Of a DNA stretch of 64,000 bases, positions 9,711-21,479 are shown piece by piece. The first letter of the stretch is position 1. The number at the start of each line of letters is the position of its first letter. The translations under genes and the position numbers were made by a program. The DNA comes from Antechinus flavipes (Eukaryota): assembly GCF_016432865.1 (NCBI RefSeq), contig NC_067400.1:631284001-631348000 (forward strand). Reading direction: 5' to 3'. The notes below the pieces were generated by a model. It did not search any database and was not told the origin of the DNA. It saw only the letters and a program-made list of their open reading frames with translations.

Positions 9711-12700
9711 TGGTTAGATGGAAAAAATATATTAAAAAATAATTTCTTAAAAATAGATTTGGTAAAATGGAAAAGAAAACAATTCCTTGAAAAATAGAAT
9801 TTACAAAATAGGAAAAAGAGAACAACTCCTTTTTTTCCCCCAGTGGGTGACCCTGACCTTTCTTTTCTTTTCTTTTCTTTTGATAACAACTCCTTAAAAA
9901 TAGAATTGGTGAAATGGGAAAAAAAAAATCCAATGAACAAAACCACTCTTTTAAAAATTAAATTGGTCAAATGCAAAAGAAGATTTTTTAAAAAGCTAAC
10001 TGAAGAAAATAATTCACTAAAAATTAAAATTGGACAAATGGAATGACTCAATGAGATATCAAAAATCAGTCAAACAAAACCAAATAAATGAAAATAACAA
10101 AAGAAAATGTAAAATACCTCATTAGAAAAACAACTAGATCCAGGAGAGAGAATCTAAGAATTATTGGGCTATCTGAAAGCCATGATGAAAAAAAGAACTT
10201 GGATGACATCTTTCAAGAAATCATCAAAGAAAACTGTCCTGATATCTTAGAACCAGAGACCACAAAATAAAAACTCCAAAGAATATTATAGCTAATTTCT
10301 GAAATTTTCAGATCAAAGAGAAAATGCTGCAAACAATCAGAAAGAAACAATTCAAATATCGAGGAGTTAAAATCAGGATTACCAAGGACCTAGCAGTTTC
10401 CACATTAAAGGATAGAAGAGCCAGGAATATGATATTCTGGAAGTCAAATTTGGATTACAATGAAGAATCAAATACTCAAGCAAAACTGAGCATCATCATT
10501 CAGCATTTAACAGCATTTGTCTAAAAATCATCAGCAAGAACTATATTTAATGGGAGAAACTAGATGCATTTCCAGTAAGATCAGTGATGAAACAAGGATG
10601 CCCAATATCACCATTACCCTTCAATATGGCACTAGAAATGTTAGCTTTAGCAATAAGAAAAGAAAAATAAAATGAAGGAATTAGAGTAGATGATGAGGAA
10701 GCAAAATATCACTCTTTGCAGATGATATCATGATCTACTTAGAGAATCATAGAGAATCAATGAAAAAACTATTATAAATAATCAACAATTTTAGCAAAGC
10801 TGCAGGATATAAAATAAACACACATATATCATCAGCATTTCTATGTTATCAACAAAGTCCAGCAGCAAGAGATAAAAAGAGAAATCCCACTTAAAATAAT
10901 TGTAAATGGGGCAGCTAGGTGATGCAGTGGATTGAGCATCAGCCCTGAAATCAGGAGGACCTGAATTCAAATCTGGTCTCAGACACTTAACACTTCCTAG
11001 CTGTGTGACCCTGGGCAAGTCACTTTACCCCGATTGCCTCAGCAAAAAATAAAATAAAATAACTGTAGATAATATAAAATATTTGGGAGTCTTCCTGCCA
11101 AGACAAAGTCAGAACTTAAATGAACACAACTACAAAATACTTTTCACACAAATAAAATTAGATTAAATAATTGAAAGAACATTAAGTGCTCATGGGTAGG
11201 CTGAGCTAATATAATAAAAATAACAGTTCCGTCTGAATTAATTTACTTATTCAGTGCCATACCAATGAAACTGCCAAGAAATCACTTTATAGAGCTAGAA
11301 AATATAATAACAAAATTCATCTGGAAGAATTTTAAGGGAATTCATGGAAAAAGTACTAAGTAAGGTGACCTCACTGTACCAGTCCTAAAACTGATTTTAT
11401 TTATAATATATTTATTTATTTTATTATTATTATTATTATATATTATAAAATCATTTATAATATAAAAAATATTATAAAGCAGCAGTCATCAAAACCATTT
11501 GGTAGTGGCTAAGAAATAGAGTAATCAATCAGTGGAATAGGTTAGGTTCAAAAAACACAATAGTCAATGATCATAGTCATCTAATGTTTGATAGTCTAAA
11601 GACTCCAGCTTCTGGAATAAGAACTCACTATTTTACAAAAAATTGCTGATAAAACTGGAAATTAGTATGGCAGAAAGTAAGTATTGACCAACACCTAACA
11701 TATAAGATAAAGTGAAAATGGGTTCATGATTTAGGCATAAAGGGTGTTGTAAGCAAATTAGGAGAGCAAGGGATAATCTACTTCTTAAATTTGTGGAAGA
11801 AGGAGGAATTTATGACTAAAGAAGAAATAGAAAACTTTATGAAATGTAAAGTGGATAATTTTGATTATATTAAATTGAAAAGGTTTTGAATAAACAAAAC
11901 CAATGCAATATTAGCAAAATTAGCAAAACCAATATTAGAAGGAAAGTAGAAAACTGGGGGGAAATTTTTATATTCAGTGTCTTTGATAAAGGGCTCATTT
12001 CTAAAATATGTGTAGAATTGACTCAAAATTTTAAGAATACAAGTCATCCCACAATTGATAAAGGGTCAAAGGATATGAACAGACAATTTTGAGTTGAAGA
12101 AATTAAAGCCATTTCTAGTCTTATGAAAAAAAAGTTCTATTTCACTATTGATTAGATAAATGCAAATTAAGACAGCTCTGAGGTACCACTTCCCACCTCT
12201 GAAATTGGCTCAGATGACAGGAAAAGAGAACAGTAAATATTGAAGGGATGTGGGAAAATTGGAATATTAAAACATTGTTAGTGGAATTATGAACTGATCC
12301 AACCATTCTGGAGAGTAATTTGGAACCCAGCCCAAAGGGCTATAAAGTTGTGCATACCCTTTGATCCAATAGTATCTCTACTGGGTCTGTATCCCAAAGA
12401 GATCATAAAAGATGAAAAATGTGCAAAAATGTGCAAAAATGTTTGTAGCAGCAAGCTAAGCAAAGAACTGGAAATTGAGTGAATGACCCTCAGTTGGGGA
12501 ATGGCTGAATAAGTTATGGTATATGAATGTAATAGAATATTATTATTCTACAAGAAAGGATCAGCAGTATATTTCAGAAAGGCTGGGAAAAACTTACATG
12601 AACTAATGCTAAGTGAATAGAACCAAGAAAACATTGTACATGATTACAAGATTATGTGATGACCAACTATGATGAACTTGGCTGTTTTTAACAATAAGGT

Positions 12701-13060
12701 GATTCAAGGCAGTTTCAATAGACTTATGACGGAAAGAGACATTTGCAAGCAGAGAGAACTATAGAGACCAAATGTGGATCAAAACATAGTATCTTCACCT
12801 TTTTTTGTTGTTTGTTTTTCTTTTTGACTTTTCCCTTTTGATCTGATTTTTCTTGGGCAGCATAACATATATGGAAATATGTTTAGAAGAACTGCACATG
12901 TTTAACCTATATTGGATTACTTGCTGTCTAGGGGAGAGGAAAGAGGGAGAGGGAAGGAGAAAAATTTGGAATATAAGATTTTGTATGGGTAAATGTTATA
13001 AACCATCTTTGTATGTATTTTGAAAAAGAAAAAGCTATGAATACTCAGAGAAAAAAAGAA
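9711..13060 (+). mobile_element. Degenerate L1 with internal deletion (ORF1, RT to C-terminus of ORF2, 3' UTR)
   Basis: ORF1 peptides (LRIIGLSESHDEKKNLDDIFQEIIKENCP). RT motifs KQGCP and FADD (TTTGCAGATGAT at 10715-10726). Multiple stops and frameshifts. Confidence 0.9.
10908..11055 (+). mobile_element. WSINE1-type tRNA SINE inserted in L1
   Basis: ggggcagctaggtgatgcagtgg...gaattcaaatc...cttaacacttcctagctgtgtgaccctgggcaag, A-rich tail, and a 15-bp TSD matching at 13/15 (10893-10907 / 11056-11070). Confidence 0.9.
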
Positions 13061-13599
13061 TGAGAAACAGGCCATATTGTCCATTGTTTAAAGATGAAAA
13101 GTCTTAACATTGTACAATTAGAATTTATCATAAGGTGGTCCTTGTGGGACCATCATGAGACCTTATTATCCCCCATGCCATTCATGCGCTCAGCATCTCA
13201 GTGAGGCTTCCAATCAGTCTTTCAAGTGTTATTAACCTTCTGGGTATAGAGTATTGTACTAGAAAAAGTGGGGAGATACTATATTAAGGTAAGCATGGGC
13301 TCTGTCTTTAGATTCACAGTATACTGATAACTGGAAGAATATTGCAATTTGTCATTTTAATTCTTCTAAGATGATGAATGTTTTTGAATTGGAATTCAGA
13401 AACCATTCATATGAAACATTATACAATAAACATGCCTTGGAGTGGTGCAATGTTTTTTGTGGTCTGAGGGATGGAAGATTTTACAAATCAAGAGGAAAAG
13501 CTTTTATTATGTTGCTCATGGTAAGCTAAATTCATATGGGGTTTTAGCAAAGAAAAAGGAATTTAGCAACCAACAAGGGAGAAGACACCATAAGGCAGA

Positions 13600-14600
13600 A
13601 GATACTATTAAGGCAATGCACATTCCTAATGAACCCTGAGGGATACAATACAGGTAAAAACATCTGTGTAAAGTGATTGGGTTGGGTCTGGGGTAGGAGG
13701 TAATAACTGGGGAATCAAGAAAGGCCTCTTTCCAGATGTAGCTTATGAGCAAAGCATGAAAGGGAGCCAGAGATTCTGAAAGACAGAGGGGAAGGCAAGC
13801 AGCAGCTGGGGCACAGGGACAGACTATGCTGTTGTACCAAGCACAAAGATAATGCAGGGGAAGAGTGAGTATACCAGTGTGGGTAGAGCAAAAGCCTAGG
13901 AAGAAGAGCTGATGGAGGCTGATAGGGGCCTAATGGGGAAATTATAATTTTTTTCCCATGACTTCTAGGAGTTGAAGGCAGAATGAGATGGATTGTATGT
14001 GGGGGAAGAAGAAATAGAAGAAATTAATGGGTCTTGAAAGATTGGAGAATCATCAAGATTGAGGAGCTTAAACCTTCTTTGGGACATTTGTCCCAAATGG
14101 CACTAGGCTTTTTTTTTGAGAACACTTCATGTAGTTCTAGGCGCTTGGAAGAAAAATTTGATGTCTCTTATAGAGAAAACTGTGAGAACATAAATCAGAA
14201 AACACAACGTCTTCCATCTTTGAGACCACTAGCCAGTCCCACCTCTTTCATTTTGAAATCTCTTACTTTCCATGGTTCTCTGAGCTTTACTCTTGACAGG
14301 CTTCCTGTCTTTCTGGTCCTTTTGGTTGGATCATCATCCACTTCCAATTTCCTAACTGAAAAGTTTCCTAAAGAATTTTGGGGATTTCCATGCTTCTCTT
14401 TCTAAACACTCTCAATGGTCTTGTCAGATAATTATGGATTCAATGATCTTTTTAATGCAGATGACCTTCAAGCTAAATATAAAGTTTTTGGCTCCTTCCT
14501 GTCTTCCAGTCCCTCATCACCAACTGACCCCTGGATAGCCTGAATTGGATGACCCTTAGGGAGCTCAAAGGCAACATGTACACAATGAAAATCATTACCC
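13600..14600. mobile_element. L2 fragments (minus about 13.6-14.2 kb, plus about 14.4-14.6 kb)
   Basis: Purine-rich antisense L2 3' sequence. Sense piece tggattcaatgatctttt-aatgcagatgacc resembles L2 RT. Confidence 0.5.
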
Positions 14601-16499
14601 CCAAGTCTTTGCCCTTCTCTGAACTTCCATGTTTCTATCAAGGAGACCTTCATTGTTTCAGTTGCTTAGGTTGCAATCTTTTGAAAGATTATCTAATTAT
14701 AGATCAGTCATTTATTTTTAAGCTGTGTACATGCACATGTATTTTCATTAAATCATTGTAGATGAAGAAGTTTGTACGAAATTCTGTGTAGGGTGACAAA
14801 ATATTGGCTGCAACCAATCTGCTAACTTCACTCCAGGAGTGCCTAGTTAGCAGGCTAAATTCCTCATTTCTAATAAAAGCAAAGCTATAATTTATTGGTG
14901 ATAGGTGATAGTTAGGGCTGGAAATCCTGGAACCCTGAGTGTCACTTGCTCATAAACATTCCCCATCTCTGTAGAAGTTGCCTATTTTGCAGGATAGCTT
15001 TCTATGAGGACAATGGAAAGTCTCAAAATGTCCCAAACAATCAATCAACTTCATTTCTGATGTTTCTCATTTTTGCCTATAAGAATGCTGGGGAAACTAT
15101 TCTGGGTCTTAATGACTGAGGAATTAATTGACCTGATTTAAAGATAACAAATAGCCCATTATTATTAAGTCTTTATTCACTGAAGTTTGTGTCTCAGACT
15201 TTTACTTTGTAGATAAAAAATTAATAGGTAATGACACCAAATGGGACCTGGGAGATTGACTCCAGGTTTTTATTAGTAGCCTTTTTCTGAAATTTCCCTG
15301 AGATCTCTCTGATCACCAAAGAGCTTGTCCTGGGAGGACCATCTGGGAGAGCAGGATTCTTTTCTGTCCTGAATCCTAGATCTTCTGAGCTGAAGTAAGC
15401 CTCCACTTGGAGAAGGAAAGCAGCAAGACCATCACATTTTTTATTTCTCTGCAGATATTGTTAGGTGCCAATTTGTAAAATTCTTTCATGTTTAAGGTAA
15501 GCCTCCATTTTGGAGAAGAAAACGCTTTCTATGAAGTTATCCTCCATACTAGTAGGGAAAAAAAGCTTCTACAGAGCCTTCAATCAGAGAAATTGTCCTC
15601 CATATTGTGGGAATGATGGTGATGCTTATCAGGAAAGTCAGCCTCCATGCTAAGGAAGAAAAAAGGGTTTTTAAGAAACCAAAAGAGATGTCTTAAAAAA
15701 AAAAAAACTTCTACATAAACTTAAATCAAGAAGCTAGAAAAGCTGAAACTAAGTTCTCTATTTTTAGCAAGAACTTTCCCAAAAAGAACAGGGAAGAAAA
15801 TTTTACTGAAGTGTTTTTATCTTAAAGCATAAGAAATCTTTGCCTACCTTAAAAGTACAGTTTGAGGCATGTGAATAGAGCACCAGTCCTGGATTCAGAA
15901 CTACTTTATTTGCTTTCTGTACGATTTACCAAGGTACTTTGTCTTCTTCCAGTGTAGATGGCAGGCTCTTTGAAAAAACCTGATCCCTCAGCATAGCCCT
16001 TGCAAGTCATCTTGAAACCATCATAGAACATGACCCACACTCTAGAAAAACTAACCATCTTGAAAGGAATTATAAGAACAAAGGATTTCAGGAACTACTG
16101 CTCTGGTAGCATTGCTTTTCATTACATTTATCTGTGTTGCTACAGCATAATCTCTTCTGGTTTTCTCTTTTCCTTATATCAGTGCAGAAAATTCTTCCCA
16201 GGTTTCTCTGAAATTGTACTTTTCATCATTTCTTATGATTCCATCATCTTCCATTACATTTTCAAATCATCATTCATTAAGTCATTTCCCAATATGTGGG
16301 CAACATCTTGGTTTACAGATTTTTACAACAAAAAAACAGGGGATATAATTTTGTGTTGTTTAAATAGACCTTTTTTCTCTTCTCTGTGATTCTTTTATTT
16401 ATAAACATGTTGTTGGGTCCTGTTTTCTAAAGCATTTGGCTACCTTCCTCTTTCAATAGGTAGATTCATCCCATGAAAATATTGTCCCGACAAAATATG

Positions 16500-17110
16500 A
16501 TATATGTGAAAGTCTTACACATTGAGTACAATCCAAAAGTTTCTTTCCAATGTGGATTTTCTGATGTTGAGTAAGATTAGAGTTTTGTGTGAAAGCCTTT
16601 CCACATTGATTATATTCAAAAGTTTTCTCTCCAGTATGTATTCTCTGATGTTCAACTAGTCAGTATCTCTGTGTGAAAGTCTTTCCACTTTGATTACATT
16701 CAAAAGGTTTCTGTTCAGTGTGGATTCCCTGATGGCTAAAAAGGAGGAACTTTCCCAAAATCATTACATTTATAAAATTCTCCAGTATGGATCTTCTGAG
16801 ATCTATCAAGATCTGAGTTCCAACCATAAACCTTCCATAATAATGAAATGGAAATCTTTTCAATCTAGAGCAAAATCTAGGATGGTAAGGAAGAGAGCTG
16901 TAATGGAATGAAATTGCTTTATCTTTATTGTATTCATCAGGCTCTTTTCTAATGTGAACTAGCTGATGAGTAATGACTCATCATTTGAGTTCTGATTCAA
17001 GATCTTCCCATCTGGAGTAATTACACAAAGCATTTCTCCAGTATCACTTTTCTCATATCTAATGAGGTGACTTGAAGGGAACTTTGCAGTTTTACCAACT
17101 GTAAATTAAT
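16500..17110 (-). pseudogene. Decayed fragment of a third C2H2-ZNF exon (spacer plus about 4 degenerate fingers)
   Basis: Colinear with 20400-20850 of the intact exon (ctgatggctaaaaaggag, gatggtaaggaaga, ctgatgagtaatga shared). Peptides HTEQKPFECNQSGKTFTQRY* and [23 protein letters not shown]. Stops and deletions present. Confidence 0.85.
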
Positions 17111-17399
17111 GTGTCTGTATTCCCAAAACCCATCCAATACATTTATTGATTTTGATCATTTTTCCTTAAGCTTTAAAAAAAATTACATATATTTTCTTCC
17201 TCATTGATTTCCCCTCTACAAGATGAAAAAGGGGGAAAAAAACTGTCATATCAAATACATATTTAAGGAGACAATTCCTTACAATGTTTCTGATGCTCAT
17301 TTTCTTACCATCTTTCCCAATCTAAACACTTTCAAAGCATTAGTGATTTAGATTACTGATTATTTATGTACTTTCCCCCCCATATAATCATTGTTAATT

Positions 17400-19430
17400 A
17401 GCATTTCTTCTTTGAAAATGAACTGTGCATAGCTTGGGACCAAGACTGTTTTAGCCTTTCTTCATAAACTTGTATAGAACAAGTATCTGTTTTTTATAGA
17501 CTTTGTACCTGAGACCTTTATGAAGAAAACCTGCTAAAAACGTGCTTCAGGTAATTGCTTACCTTTAAATTTTAGATATTTTGTAGGTTTTTTATGTGAT
17601 GAGAATTGTTCCATGTAAGTTTCTTGGGATCTTCTCTATCCCCCATGTGGAAATGAATTCTTCTAGTACCCATAAATGTATTTTCCTCAAATTTCTTTGA
17701 GGTAACCTTTCTATTTAACTCATGTATTTATCAGGAGTTAATTTTAGTCTACAATATGATCCATATCTATAGTAGTCCATATTTATTTTCTGTGAAACTG
17801 CTCTGTAGTATTTCCAATATTTTGTAGTGCTTAGCCAATTAATTAATTTTCTATTCCTTATCAAATACCTGATCTCTTCATTTTCTCAAGATTTTTACTC
17901 CTAAGTAAACTATTATAATTGCAGATTTGGTCCTGTTGGGCTTCTTTCCTGGAACATTGGAAGAGGCTGTGGGAAAGACGCATATGAATGAACTTTGGAT
18001 GAGAATACATATTTAGCAGAAATTTAATTGGGGAATGACTAAGAAATGATAGTTTATAAATACCAAAAACTATTGAGAAATGATGGCGAACATTAGGATA
18101 GCAGAGAAAAATATGTCACATTTATCAGATTTTATACACAAAATGGAATTTCAAGAGATATCTTTTTTGTTGGGAGGTCTAATGAAGTCTGTGCTGCAGC
18201 AGGAGGCCTTCCCTTGTTAATTAAATCTCTAAGCTTTCTCTCCCAGTGTACAGTCAAGTATGAACTCTAGGTAAATTCTTTCCCACAACTATTGCTTTTC
18301 TTTTTAAATTTTTATTTGTTTATAATTTATGAGATAAAACAAGCGTTTCCATAACTTAATACAATAAAATCTATTTTACATGAAATTGCAAATCTATTCT
18401 GTAAAATTTGCTATTGTTTAAATATATAGCCAAGTTATTGTGTATTTTTTTCTTCCCTCCAACCCTACCCTAGAGATGACTATTATTAAATCCCAAAATA
18501 TATACTGATATACATATATACTCATATATATAAAATCATTCTAAATATATTTCCATTTATCAGTTCTTGTCTGGATGCACAAAGCATTTTCTTTCCTAGG
18601 TACTTTGTAATTCACTTAGGTATTTGTAGTAGTCAAAATGATTAATCACTCAAAGTTGTTTTTTCTTTGTATTTTTTTATTGAACTAAATCCAAAATAGA
18701 AAAAGAAAGACAAAGTTCTTTATGTATTTAAGATATGAGATCTATATCTGAAAAACTGTCTATAAAATTTTCTCCCCCAGTTTTCTGTTATCCCTCTGAT
18801 CCTGGTTAAATTTCTTTATTTGTAGAAAATCTTTTTAATTTAACATAAGTGAAATTACCCATTTTATATCCCACACTCTTGTTTATTCACAAATTCTTCA
18901 CTTATCCATAAGTCTGAGATAATGATCCATGTTAAAAAATTTTTTTTGGTAACATCTCTCTTTAGATCTCGATGACATATCGATTTTGACCTTATATTGG
19001 AGAATGGTCTACAATATTGGCCTTTGGTCAATTTCTGCCAGATAGTTTTCCAGTTTTCCCAACAATATTTTTTAACTAAATAATGAATTCTTATCTGACA
19101 AACTCAGGTCTTTACACTTGTAAGACATCAGTTTACTCTAGTGATTTGGTGCTGTTACCTGGATTTCTACTCTATTCCAATTATTTACCTTTCTGTTTCT
19201 TATCCAATACCACACAGTTTTAAGTAACTACTGCTTTATAGTAGAATTTAAGATCTGGTACTGCTAAATTTCCTTCATATTATCGTTTTTAATTAGTTTC
19301 TTTGATAGTCTTGGCTTTTTGTTTTTTCAAATGAATTGCTATTTTTTTTTCTAATAAATTAAAATAAACTTTTGGTCATTTGAGAAGACATTGAATATAG
19401 AAATCAGTTTAGGCAAAAATTGTCATTTTT
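17400..19430 (-). mobile_element. Old L1 fragments (ORF1-like, 3' UTR and ORF2 pieces)
   Basis: Antisense ORF2 sequence (ttttccagttttcccaacaa, gaatttaagatctggtactgc) abutting the ZNF stop codon. Confidence 0.7.
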
Positions 19431-19439
19431 GTAGATTCT

Positions 19440-21169
19440 CTAATGATGAACAAGATGGCACCTCCTTGTGGAAGCCTTTCCAGATTGATTACAATCAAAA
19501 TTTTGCTGTCCATTGTGGATTCTTTGATGTAGAGCTAAACTAGAGCTCTTTGTGAAAGTCTTTCCACATTGATTACATTTATAAGGTTTCTCTTCAGTAT
19601 GGATTATTTGATGTTTAACAAGATGACACCTCTGTGTGAAAGTCTTTCCACATTGTTTGCATTCAAAAGGTTTTTCTCCAGTGTGAATTCTCTGATGTTG
19701 AGCAAGATTGGAGCTCCTTGTGAAAACCTTTCCACATTGATTACAACCAAAAGGTTTCTCTCCAGTGTGAATTCTCTTATGTGCAGCAAGACTTGACCTC
19801 ATTGTGAAAGCTTTTCCACATTTATTACAATCAAAAGGTTTCTCTCCAGTGTGGATTCTCAGATGTTCAGTAAGATAGGAGTTCCTTGTGAAAACCTTTC
19901 CACAGTGATTGCAATCAAAAGGTTTCTCTCCAGTGTGGATTCTCTGATGTTCAGCAAGATTGGAGCTATATCTGAAAGCCTTTCCACATTGATTACAACC
20001 AAAAGGTTTTTCTCCAGTGTGGATTCTTTGATGTGCAGCAAAACTTGACCTCTTTGTGAAAGTCTTTCCACATGCATTACAAGCAAAAGGTTTCTCTCCA
20101 GTGTGGATTCTCTGATGTTCAGTAAGACTGGCCCTGTGTGTGAAAGCCTTTCCACATTGCTTACAAACAAAACGTTTCTCTCCACTGTGGATTCTCTGAT
20201 GTTGAGCAAGATTGGAGTTCTTTGTGAAAACCTTTCCATCTTGATTACAGTCAAAAAGTATCTCTCCAGTGTGGATTCTCTGATGTTCAGTAAGACTGGC
20301 CCTATATGTGAAAGCCTTTCCACATGCATTACAAGCAAAAGGTTTCTCTCCAGTGTGGATTCTCCGATGTCTAGCAAGATTGGAGCTCTTTGTAAAAGCC
20401 TTTCCACATTGATTACATTCAAAAAGTTTTTTCCCAGTGTGAATTCTCTGATGGCTAAAAAGGAGTGATTTATAAGAGAAATCCTTTCCACATTCATGAC
20501 ATTTATAAAATCCTCCAGTATCAATCTTCTGATTTATATCAAAATCTGAATTTTGATCAGTGGCCTTCTCATACTCATGAAATGCATACTTCTTCATTCT
20601 AAGGTCAAATCTGTGATGGTAAGGAAGAAACGAATGGTTCATTGAGGTTGCTTCACATTCATTATCTTTATCAAGTTGCTTTCTAATGTGAATTTCCTGA
20701 TGAGTAATGAGCTTAGAGTTCTTATTCAAGGCCTTCCAAACTTGCTTACCGACACAAAACATTTCTTCAGTATCACTTTTCTGATCTATAATGAGTTTTG
20801 AATTACACTTCAAAGCCATTTCACATTGATTACCTGAATAAATATGCATTTCAGGAGGCTTCTCTAGGGACTGAAAATCCTTTATCAGTTTAGTAAAACA
20901 TTTCCTATAGTCACAATTCAGAACACAGTTATTTCCTGAGGTCATTTGGTTACATTGATACAGGAATGAAAGCTGTCTGAATCTCTTTTCAATTTCATCA
21001 AATTCATAATTACTCTTTGGATTTTTATCTTCTCTGACTTTAAAGTCCTGGATTTCACTCAAAGTGAAGTTACAGAGAGCATCATTCAAGAATCTTTGCA
21101 GCTCAGTTTCTTCCATCAAAATCCCCAATTTTCTAATCATCTCATTTACTTCAAATCTGGTCTCTAAAA
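19440..21169 (-). CDS. KRAB-ZNF gene, terminal spacer and zinc-finger exon (11 canonical + 2 degenerate C2H2 fingers)
   Basis: Open frame 21248-19440 with TGEKP linkers. Acceptor ttttcttcag at 21171-21170, phase 1, matching the KRAB-A donor. Spliced product is 11+40+576 = 627 aa. Confidence 0.95.
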
Positions 21170-21479
21170 CTGAAGAAAATAAACAGTCAAACACAAATAT
21201 ACAAAAAATATACACATTGAAATAAAAGGAACAGCAGTGGCTATACAAGACTTATGTGGCTCATAATCTTTTCATCATCAACCTAAATTCAATAAAACTT
21301 CATGGAATATTCTTAGAGCAAAAATTGGCATTTAATCAGTTATGTCATTGTAAAGAGAAGAGATAGACAGAATATGAAAGTGACTAATGAGATGTACAGC
21401 AGAGAGTGCCGGTCCTATCATATACTCATTCACTCCAAGCTAAACATTGACATTCAACAAAAATAGACAATTTAACTAC

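Noticed and set aside
10908-11055. A/B-box sequences as tRNA genes (also 42945 and 57992)
   Set aside because: tRNA-derived SINE heads with CORE body, A tail and TSD; no cloverleaf
13134-13154. 9-bp hairpin ggtggtcct-tgt-gggaccatc
   Set aside because: Short, includes G-U pairs, and is expected by chance in 64 kb
19569-20468. Several plus-strand ORFs antisense to the finger array
   Set aside because: Mirror ORFs arise automatically from the 84-bp finger periodicity; there is no independent gene signal
19859-20524. 221-aa alternative-frame ORF ([13 protein letters not shown] repeats) within the ZNF exon
   Set aside because: Long alternative frames are a generic by-product of C2H2 codon usage; there is no evidence of translation here
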